Assembly (NCBI GenBank): GCA_963816355.1
Contig: CAWFKH010000006.1
Span: 352,001-416,000, forward strand
Length of the DNA stretch: 64,000 bases
Direction of reading: 5' to 3'
DNA from: an uncultured Gemmatimonadales bacterium
GTDB lineage: Bacteria; Gemmatimonadota; Gemmatimonadetes; Longimicrobiales; RSA9
Shown: piece after piece, positions 51,409 through 58,686 of the stretch
Layout of the letters: each line of letters opens with the position of its first letter
Position numbering within the stretch: position 1 is the stretch's first letter
Made by a program: the position numbers and the translations under genes
The notes under the pieces: model-generated
What the model saw: only the letters and a program-made list of their open reading frames with translations
Database searches by the model: none
Told to the model about the DNA's origin: nothing

Positions 51409-51434
51409 AATCGTGGACGGGGAGGTGGGGTTCC
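51409..51434 (-). promoter_or_regulatory. Putative ECF promoter GGAAC-N18-ATT
   Basis: Sixth copy of the motif. Confidence 0.5.
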
Positions 51435-51614
51435 CGCAGGGCGGAGTGGCCGCCTCGGCCCACGCGGCGGTGCGGGGCCCGGTTCAGAACCGGGGCGGGG
51501 GCGTGTGCGGACGTGAGACGGCGGGTCCCGAGGCCGGTCAATCGGCGGCCGGCGCGCCGCATGGCAAACGCACTCAGCTATCGTTGCGACAACGCTTTGT
51601 GACACCGTTGCGAT

Positions 51615-51629
51615 TGGCACGGGCTCTGC
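51615..51629 (+). promoter_or_regulatory. Sigma54 promoter TGGCACG-N4-CTGC
   Basis: GG-N10-GC 78 nt upstream of the permease ATG; AT-richer segment just upstream. Confidence 0.6.
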
Positions 51630-51706
51630 CTTCGTCGGGCTGCGGCGCCACAGCTGCGGCGTTTGCGCTGGCGACCCTTCGCGATCCACCGCTTCCGGAG
51701 CCGATA

Positions 51707-54097
51707 ATGGCCACGCTGCTGCACGATCTTCGCTTCGCTGTGCGGGCGCTGGGTCGTAGCCCCGGCTTCACGGCGGTGGCCGTTTTGACGCTGGCGATCG
51801 GGATCGGCGCGAACACGGCGATCTTCAGCGTGGTGGAGGGTGCTCTCCTGCAGGCGCTCCCGTTCCGGGACGCCTCGCGCCTGGTATGGATCACGGAGAC
51901 GCGTGCATCGACGGGGACGGACCTGATGGTGGATCCGCCGATGCTGCGCGACTGGGCCGAGGGCACGCGGACGTTGAGCGGCATCGCCGCGTGGAGCGTC
52001 GAGTCGCCGACGATCACGGGGCGCGGCGAGCCGACGCGCAGGCCGGCGGCGGCGGTGAGCGCGGCGCTGTTCCCTCTGCTGGGGGTCGAGCCGGCGCTCG
52101 GGCGCTGGATCGCGCCGTCGGAGGACCGCGCGGGCGCGGCCCCGGTCGTCGTACTGGGCGAGGGGCTATGGCGCGAACGCTTCGGCGCGAGTCCGGCGGT
52201 GCTGGGGCAGACGCTCCGGCTCGACGACGAGCCGTACACGATCATCGGCGTCGCGGCGGCCGGCTTCGACTTTCCGGACGGGGCCCAGTTGTGGACGCCC
52301 CTGATGCCGGCGCTGGGCGACGCCGCGACGGTGCGGGGCGCGCATTTCCTGGCGGCGATCGGCCGCCTCTCCCCCGGCGCGACTGCCGGGGCGGCGCAGG
52401 GAGAGCTGGCAGGGCTCGCGCGGGCGATCGGCGAGCGTGAGCAGGGCGCTCGCGACATCGGCGCCAGGGTGGTGGGCCTGCAGGAACACATCGTCGGCGG
52501 AACCCGGCGCGGCCTGCTGGTGCTGCTGGGCGCCGTGACGTTCGTGCTTCTGATCGCGTGCGCGAACGTGGCGAACCTGCTCCTCGCGCGGGGTGTGGGC
52601 CGGCGGCGGGAGCTGGCGGTGCGAAGCGCGCTCGGCGCGAGCGCCGGCGTGCTGGCGCGGCAGCTCCTGGTGGAGAGCGTGGTGCTCGCACTCATCGCGT
52701 GCGCGGTCGGGCTCGCCGTCGCATACTGGACGATGGTGGCGATCGTCGCCCTCGCGGGCTCGCAGCTGCCCCGCGCGGCGGAGATCACGATGAACGCGCC
52801 GGTGCTGCTCTACGCGCTCGTGACGGCGACGGCGACCGGAGTGCTCTTCGGTCTGGCGCCCGCGCTGCACGCGGCGCGCACCGGCCCCCAGGCCGCCCTG
52901 AAGCAGGATCCGCGCGCGGGAGCGCGGAGCGGCCGGCTTCGCCGGGTGCTCGTGGTGGGGGAGCTCGCCGCGACGGTCGTCCTGCTCGCCGCGGTCGGCC
53001 TCATGCTCGAGAGCTTCGTGCGGCTGACGAGCACCGATCCCGGCTTCGTCCCGGACCGCCTCGTCGCGGCGAAGATCACCCTTCCCGCCTCGCGCTACGC
53101 CGACCCCGCGGCGCAGCTTGCGTTCTACACCTCGCTCCGTGACCGGCTCGCCGCGAAGCCGGACGTCCGTGCCGCGGCGATCGTGCGAAACCTGCCGATC
53201 AGCGGCATGACGATGACCTCTCCGGTGTGGGTCGAGGGCGAGCCGGTCGGGCCGCAGGCACCGGAAGGCCAGTTCGCGCCGGTATCGCCGGAGTACTTCC
53301 GCGTCATGGGAATCCCCCTCGTCGCCGGCCGCACCTTCACGGAGCGCGACAACGCCGACACCCCCCCCGTGGCTGTCGTCAGCGCCGTGCTCGCGAAGCG
53401 ACTCTTCGGCGAGCGCAGTCCGCTCGGAGCGACGCTCAGGACCGGCTTCGGCGCCCAATCGCTGCGCATCGTGGGCGTCGTGGGCGATGTGCGCCACGGC
53501 GGCCAGGCGGCGCCGCCGGCGCCTCAGGTCTACGTTCCGTTCAGGCAGAGGGTCTCGCCGTACGAAAGCATCGTGCTCGCCGGCCGCGGCGATCCGAATG
53601 CGCTGCTGCGCGCCGTCCGCGGCGCCGTGCGTGACGCCGATCCCGAACTGGCGATCGACCAGCTCACCACCATGCGCGAGCTGCTCGCGACGTCGGTCGC
53701 GCAGCCGCGCTTCTACCTCGCCCTTCTCGGCCTCTTCGCAGTCGTCGCCCTCATCCTGGCCGTCGTCGGACTGTACAGCGTCATCGCCTACGGCGTGGCG
53801 CGCCGCACCCGCGAGATCGGCATTCGCGTCGCGCTCGGCGCCGAGCGACGCGCCCTCGTCCGCTCCTTCGTCGGAGAAGCCCTGCGCCTCGCCGGGATCG
53901 GAATCGCCATCGGCGTCGCCGGCGCGGCCGTCGCCACGCGCGCTCTGTCGACGCTCCTCTACGAGGTGAAGCCGACGGAGCCGATGGCGTTCGCCGGCGC
54001 CGCACTGCTGCTCGTCGCCGCAAGCGCATTCGCCAGCTGGCTGCCTGCGCTGCGCGCGGCGCGCGTCGAGCCGGTGGAGGCGCTGCGGTACGAGTAG
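51707..54097 (+). CDS. Duplicated MacB/FtsX ABC permease (ADOP-like), no adjacent ATPase
   Basis: [61 protein letters not shown]. Confidence 0.93.
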   Translation: MATLLHDLRFAVRALGRSPGFTAVAVLTLAIGIGANTAIFSVVEGALLQALPFRDASRLVWITETRASTGTDLMVDPPMLRDWAEGTRTLSGIAAWSVESPTITGRGEPTRRPAAAVSAALFPLLGVEPALGRWIAPSEDRAGAAPVVVLGEGLWRERFGASPAVLGQTLRLDDEPYTIIGVAAAGFDFPDGAQLWTPLMPALGDAATVRGAHFLAAIGRLSPGATAGAAQGELAGLARAIGEREQGARDIGARVVGLQEHIVGGTRRGLLVLLGAVTFVLLIACANVANLLLARGVGRRRELAVRSALGASAGVLARQLLVESVVLALIACAVGLAVAYWTMVAIVALAGSQLPRAAEITMNAPVLLYALVTATATGVLFGLAPALHAARTGPQAALKQDPRAGARSGRLRRVLVVGELAATVVLLAAVGLMLESFVRLTSTDPGFVPDRLVAAKITLPASRYADPAAQLAFYTSLRDRLAAKPDVRAAAIVRNLPISGMTMTSPVWVEGEPVGPQAPEGQFAPVSPEYFRVMGIPLVAGRTFTERDNADTPPVAVVSAVLAKRLFGERSPLGATLRTGFGAQSLRIVGVVGDVRHGGQAAPPAPQVYVPFRQRVSPYESIVLAGRGDPNALLRAVRGAVRDADPELAIDQLTTMRELLATSVAQPRFYLALLGLFAVVALILAVVGLYSVIAYGVARRTREIGIRVALGAERRALVRSFVGEALRLAGIGIAIGVAGAAVATRALSTLLYEVKPTEPMAFAGAALLLVAASAFASWLPALRAARVEPVEALRYE

Positions 54098-54105
54098 ACG
54101 GAGGC

Positions 54106-54150
54106 AACGAAAAGCCCCACCTCGCTCGAAGGCGAAATGGGGCTTTCGTT
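54106..54150. terminator. Bidirectional intrinsic terminator between the permease and the tRNA array
   Basis: AACGAAAAGCCCCA..TGGGGCTTTCGTT inverted repeat. Confidence 0.75.
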
Positions 54151-54157
54151 TACCCAG

Positions 54158-54231
54158 TCGGGGAGACTGGATTTGAACCAGCGACCCCTGCGTCCCGAAC
54201 GCAGTGCTCTACCGGGCTGAGCTACTCCCCG
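54158..54231 (-). tRNA. tRNA-Pro(CGG)
   Basis: Cloverleaf; anticodon arm CTGCG-TTCGGGA-CGCAG. Confidence 0.95.
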
Positions 54232-54259
54232 AATCTTGCCGATCCCGGTCCCGTCTCAG

Positions 54260-54346
54260 CGGACGGGGTGGGATTCGAACCCACGAGGGCGGTTAGACCC
54301 CACACGATTTCCAATCGTGCGCCTTAAGCCGCTCGGCCACCCGTCC
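54260..54346 (-). tRNA. tRNA-Ser(GGA)
   Basis: CACGA-TTGGAAA-TCGTG; long variable arm. Confidence 0.95.
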
Positions 54347-54409
54347 ATCGCGCCGGCCACCCACCTCCGGATGCTTCGATCCGGCGCCAACCTCGTCGAT
54401 CGAATCCAG

Positions 54410-54497
54410 CGGAGAGGGAGGGATTCGAACCCTCGAGGGCCTTTTGGGCCCAAACGCCTTAGCAGGGCGCCGCCTTAAGCCTCTCGGCCACCTCTCC
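54410..54497 (-). tRNA. tRNA-Ser(GCT)
   Basis: GCGCC-CTGCTAA-GGCGT; long variable arm. Confidence 0.95.
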
Positions 54498-54565
54498 GAG
54501 CCGCTTGCGGGCCGGGCGTCATCCCCGGCGCCGTGACGTCGCGGCACCGATCCAGCGTATCCGAA

Positions 54566-54638
54566 TTGCCCCTCCTGGGTTCGAACCAGGACTCTCCTGA
54601 TCCAGAGTCAGGCGTGTTGCCAATTACACCAAGGGGCA
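54566..54638 (-). tRNA. tRNA-Gln(CTG)
   Basis: CCTGA-CTCTGGA-TCAGG. Confidence 0.95.
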
Positions 54639-54640
54639 TT

Positions 54641-54833
54641 CCGCTCGTGCCTTCCGGGCGCGCTGCTTCGCGCGGCGCGCGCGTGCCCGTTGCCTCTCGC
54701 CGTCTCCGGTTGAACCCGGCCGGCGTCGCGAGTCGGGTCCTGGACCGCCCCGCCCGCTCAGGCGTGGGTCCCGCTGGTGCCTTCAGGGTGCGCCGCTTCG
54801 CGCGGCGCGGCCGTGCCCGTTGCCTCTCGCCGT
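54641..54833. repeat. 63-bp imperfect direct repeat (54641-54703 and 54771-54833) in a tRNA spacer
   Basis: 6 mismatches; contains a GCGC.GC-loop-GCGGCGC hairpin. Confidence 0.8.
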
Positions 54834-54867
54834 TCCCGACCGCGCGGGTTGGTGGAGAGGCGGGACG

Positions 54868-54940
54868 AGCGGGAGACGGGGCTCGAACCCGCGACCCTCA
54901 GCTTGGGAAGCTGATGCTCTGCCAACTGAGCTACTCCCGC
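54868..54940 (-). tRNA. tRNA-Gly(CCC)
   Basis: TCAGC-TTCCCAA-GCTGA. Confidence 0.95.
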
Positions 54941-54947
54941 ATCCGAG

Positions 54948-55020
54948 AGCCACCTGTCGGATTCGAACCGACGACCCCATCATTACGAATGATGTGCTCT
55001 ACCGACTGAGCTAAGGTGGC
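54948..55020 (-). tRNA. tRNA-Thr(CGT)
   Basis: CATCA-TTCGTAA-TGATG. Confidence 0.95.
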
Positions 55021-55024
55021 GAAG

Positions 55025-55097
55025 TGGAGCTGAGGGGAGTCGAACCCCTGACCTCTGCAGTGCGATTGCAGCGCTCTCCCAACTGAGCTACAGCCCC
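55025..55097 (-). tRNA. tRNA-Ala(CGC)
   Basis: CTGCA-ATCGCAC-TGCAG; G3-U70 pair. Confidence 0.95.
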
Positions 55098-55158
55098 ACG
55101 AATCGGCCCGACTGGGCTCCCGGTCTTCATGTTGCGCGACGAAGGCGCCGTTCCTCCA

Positions 55159-55232
55159 TGGGCGCGAGAGGACTCGAACCTCTGACCTCTACGATGTCAA
55201 CGTAGCGCTCTAACCAACTGAGCTACGCGCCC
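55159..55232 (-). tRNA. tRNA-Val(GAC)
   Basis: CTACG-TTGACAT-CGTAG. Confidence 0.95.
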
Positions 55233-55262
55233 CCATACCTTCATCCGACGCATCCGTTCCAG

Positions 55263-55346
55263 TGGTGGGGGAAGGATTCGAACCTTCGTAGGCGTAGCGC
55301 CAGCAGATTTACAGTCTGCCCCGTTTAGCCGCTTCGGTACCCCACC
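55263..55346 (-). tRNA. tRNA-Tyr(GTA)
   Basis: GCAGA-CTGTAAA-TCTGC. Confidence 0.95.
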
Positions 55347-55388
55347 GCGATCTGCGGCGTCGCGAGCGAGGGGATCTCGCCGGCCTCA

Positions 55389-55462
55389 TGCGCCCGGGAG
55401 GAGTCGAACCCCCAGCCTTTGGATCCGTAGTCCAACGCTCTGTCCAGTTGAGCTACGGGCGC
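55389..55462 (-). tRNA. tRNA-Arg(ACG)
   Basis: TTGGA-CTACGGA-TCCAA. Confidence 0.95.
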
Positions 55463-55486
55463 GAACCCGATGTGTCAGGAAGCGAA

Positions 55487-55570
55487 TGCCCACGACAGGA
55501 CTCGAACCTGTACGCCGTTGCCGGCACTGGTCCCTCAAACCAGCCTGTCTACCAATTCCAGCACGTGGGC
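55487..55570 (-). tRNA. tRNA-Leu(GAG)
   Basis: CTGGT-TTGAGGG-ACCAG. Confidence 0.95.
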
Positions 55571-55614
55571 ACGGCTCGATCACGGCGAGCGTGCGTGGCG
55601 ATGATCGGTCGGAG

Positions 55615-55698
<84 letters not shown>

Positions 55699-55721
55699 CA
55701 TCTCCCGATCCGCCGAGCGCA

Positions 55722-55794
55722 TGGAGCTGAGGGGAATCGAACCCCTGACCTCCTGAATGCCATTCAGGCGCTCTCCCAACTGAGCTACAGCCCC
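55722..55794 (-). tRNA. tRNA-Ala(GGC)
   Basis: CCTGA-ATGGCAT-TCAGG. Confidence 0.95.
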
Positions 55795-55950
55795 TCCGTC
55801 CCGCCGCTGCCGCGACGCCGCGATCGATCGATCGCCGGTTGCCGGTGAGACGCGCGACGGCGGGCGGACCCACCTCCGCGGCGCCCCGGCGCTCGACCCG
55901 AATTGTCAAACACCCTGCTCCGCCCGTGCGGCGGACCTTCCTATGCCCAG

Positions 55951-56024
55951 CGGGGCTGACGGGATTTGAACCCGCGACCTCCGGTGTGACAGACCGGCAC
56001 TCTAACCAGCTGAGCTACAGCCCC
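55951..56024 (-). tRNA. tRNA-Asp(GTC)
   Basis: CCGGT-CTGTCAC-ACCGG. Confidence 0.95.
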
Positions 56025-56050
56025 ACGGCCCACTTCGATCACCTGCCAGG

Positions 56051-56123
56051 AGCGGGAGACCGGTCTCGAACCGGCGACCTTCACGTTGGCAACGTGACGC
56101 TCTACCAACTGAGCTACTCCCGC
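56051..56123 (-). tRNA. tRNA-Gly(GCC)
   Basis: TCACG-TTGCCAA-CGTGA. Confidence 0.95.
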
Positions 56124-56127
56124 ACAA

Positions 56128-56199
56128 TGCCCCCAAGGGGAATCGAACCCCTATTGCGAGATTGAAAGCCTCGCGTCCTAGCCGTTAGACGATGGGGGC
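56128..56199 (-). tRNA. tRNA-Glu(TTC)
   Basis: CGAGG-CTTTCAA-TCTCG. Confidence 0.95.
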
Positions 56200-56393
56200 C
56201 GTTCCGCCCGTCTACCAGGGCGGGCGCGAGCCCGACCCGTGCCCGCGGGCACGAGCGCACCGCGCCGAAGCGGCGCGCCCTCCACCGTCGGCGGCACCCG
56301 ACCCACCACACCCGCACGGCCGGAATCACCCGCGCGGCCGCAGCCCGAAAGCGCGCCGCCAACCGCTACACGCCGTCGCCGCCCGACGGCCGA

Positions 56394-56465
<72 letters not shown>

Positions 56466-56506
56466 GGAAGATCCATCTTCCGCGCCCGACAGCCGCTGCG
56501 ATCAAG

Positions 56507-56579
56507 TACCCCCACGGGGAATCGAACCCCGGTTTTCTGGCTGAGAACCAGATGTCCTAGGCCACTAGACGATGGGGGC
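56507..56579 (-). tRNA. tRNA-Glu(CTC)
   Basis: TCTGG-TTCTCAG-CCAGA. Confidence 0.95.
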
Positions 56580-56783
56580 GTCGCGCCCTTCAACCAACCT
56601 GTCCATCCGCCCTGCCCGCCTCCCGCGGGCGCCAGCGCGCCGCACTGAGCGGCGCGCCCCGGAAATGCGCCGGCGCGACCCACGCCGGCCCGCTCCGCGT
56701 TGCGAGCTTCCTGCGCCGTACCCGTCTTTTCAAGACCCGCGCCGGACTCGACTCCCATGTGCCGCGGCCGCGCGCGGGATCCA

Positions 56784-56856
56784 CAGGCCCGGAGGGACTC
56801 GAACCCCCAACCGCCGGTTTTGGAGACCGGTGCTCTACCAGTTGAGCTACGGACCT
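56784..56856 (-). tRNA. tRNA-Trp(CCA)
   Basis: CCGGT-CTCCAAA-ACCGG. Confidence 0.95.
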
Positions 56857-56863
56857 ACTGCAG

Positions 56864-56936
56864 TGGCCGGGGACAGAATCGAACTGTCGACACCACGATT
56901 TTCAGTCGTGTGCTCTACCAACTGAGCTACCCGGCC
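56864..56936 (-). tRNA. tRNA-Phe(GAA)
   Basis: CACGA-CTGAAAA-TCGTG. Confidence 0.95.
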
Positions 56937-57117
56937 CGCCCGTCCTCAGAACACCCGGCCCCGTCGAGTGCGGCGGCACAAAAAAACCGCCAGCGAGCGG
57001 CGCGGCTCCGCGCCTCGCGACGCGTCGCCCGCGGGGACCGCGTCGTGCGGCCGGGACTCCAGGGCCGCGGAGGCGCGCAAGCCCCGGCGCGACGGATCCG
57101 GGGCTTGGCGAGTTCCA

Positions 57118-57191
57118 TAGCGGGGGCGGGATTCGAACCCGCGACCTCCGGGTTATGAGCCCGGCGAGCTACCAGACTGCTCCACCCCGCG
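57118..57191 (-). tRNA. Initiator tRNA-fMet(CAT)
   Basis: C1xU72 mismatch; three G-C pairs in CCGGG-CTCATAA-CCCGG. Confidence 0.95.
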
Positions 57192-57203
57192 TCGAGGAGG
57201 AAA

Positions 57204-57232
57204 ATGATAACCCGCGCCCGATTGAGTGTCAA
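57204..57232 (-). promoter_or_regulatory. Sigma70 promoter of the tRNA array, TTGACA-N17-TATCAT
   Basis: Near-consensus, 12 nt upstream of tRNA-fMet, with upstream A-tracts. Confidence 0.88.
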
Positions 57233-57389
57233 CCCTCGGAAATGCCGTTTTTTCGGGTGTGGAAGGGGACGTTTTTCGGGTGCGGATCGGCGTCGCTTCG
57301 TGGCTACGGGTCGGCGCCGCATCGCGGCCGGGAAGCGGCGCCGCTGCGGGTCCGGGCGGGGGGTACGGCGGGGGCCGCCGTGCACGGGC

Positions 57390-58640
57390 TCAGCCGCGTC
57401 GCAACGGTGCATCGAGGTCGGGTCGCAGGCGTTCGTAGAGCGCGGAAGCGAGCGTGGCGACGAAGAGGCCCACCGCCCATCCGCCGAGCACGTCGGTGGC
57501 CCACCGCTGCTCGAGGTAGACCTGGCTGACGCCGACCAAGATGGTGGTGAGGACGAGAACCGCTGCGGCGAGCCAGCGGAGCCGCACGCGCTCGCGCACG
57601 AGAGCGTAGGCGGCGGTCAGGAGGACGGCGGTGGCGAGCGTCGCGTGTCCGCTGGGGAAGCTGTAGCCGGGCGTGCTGGCGGCGATCGGCGGCGGCCGGT
57701 GCAGCGTCAGCTTGAGGCCCCGCACGAGGGCGGTGCCGAGGAGCGGCACGGCGGCGACGGCCGCGGCTACCGCGGCGCTTCCGGTCCGGCGCCAGAGGAA
57801 GAGCGCGGCGGCGAGGGCGATGAGGGTGGCGACGAGGCCGCCACCGAGCGGGGCGGCGGCGTGCATGAGGGTGTCGAGGGCGTGCGCGGCGTGGCGGGCG
57901 ACGTAGTGATGGGCGGCGACGTCGAATGCGCCCGACTCGCGGTCGGCCACGTCCTCGACGAGCTTGGCGCCGATGAGGACGGCGGTGACGCTGGCGCCCA
58001 CGATCCAGACCCAGTGCCACGCCAGCCGCGAGATCCAGGAGCGCCCGGGCGCGGTGACGATGCGGTGGAAGAGAAGCGCCGCGAGCATCGTCACCACGCC
58101 CACGCCGCCGAACAGGAGCAGCACCTGATCCGGATCGTGGCCGGCGAGCCCCTGCCATCCCTTGCCGACGCCGTAACCGAGAAGGCCGACGATCGTCGCC
58201 CACGCCACCGCGCCGATCACGTTGAACGTGAGGAAGGTGCGCCAGCGAAGATGGGCGACGCCGGCCGAGAAGGCGGCGACGACGCGGACGCCGGCGACGA
58301 AGCGCGCGAACGCGACGGCGGCCGCTCCGAACCGGTCGAAGAAGGCATCCATGCGTTCGAGGCGTCGGGGCGTGAGCAGCAGCCACTTGCCGTGCCGCTC
58401 CATCCAGGGCCGTCCGAGGCGTCGCCCGAGCAGGTAGCCGAGATTGTCGCCGAGGATCCCGGTGACCGCGGCAAACGCGATCACGAGCGGCAGCGAGAGT
58501 ACGCCCTGCGCCGCAGCGAAGGCGGACGCGATCAGCGCCGTCTCGCCGGGGACCGGCAGCCCCACGCTCTCGAGAAACACGCCGAGCGCCAGGCCGAGGT
58601 AGCCGTAGTGTTCAAGGAAGACGAGAATGTGGTGCAGCAA
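57390..58640 (-). CDS. DedA-PAP2 fusion membrane protein (PAP2 catalytic motifs eroded)
   Basis: LES.GLPVPGE, GDNLGY, ARFVAGVR; FPSGH. Confidence 0.88.
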   Translation of the reverse strand: MLHHILVFLEHYGYLGLALGVFLESVGLPVPGETALIASAFAAAQGVLSLPLVIAFAAVTGILGDNLGYLLGRRLGRPWMERHGKWLLLTPRRLERMDAFFDRFGAAAVAFARFVAGVRVVAAFSAGVAHLRWRTFLTFNVIGAVAWATIVGLLGYGVGKGWQGLAGHDPDQVLLLFGGVGVVTMLAALLFHRIVTAPGRSWISRLAWHWVWIVGASVTAVLIGAKLVEDVADRESGAFDVAAHHYVARHAAHALDTLMHAAAPLGGGLVATLIALAAALFLWRRTGSAAVAAAVAAVPLLGTALVRGLKLTLHRPPPIAASTPGYSFPSGHATLATAVLLTAAYALVRERVRLRWLAAAVLVLTTILVGVSQVYLEQRWATDVLGGWAVGLFVATLASALYERLRPDLDAPLRRG

Positions 58641-58686
58641 TCGGCGCGCTCCGTTTTACCGCGCCGGCCACGCACGGACCGGGCCG

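Noticed and set aside
18480..54160. Integrative island inserted at tRNA-Pro
   Set aside because: No integrase, transposase or duplicated tRNA 3' end was seen.
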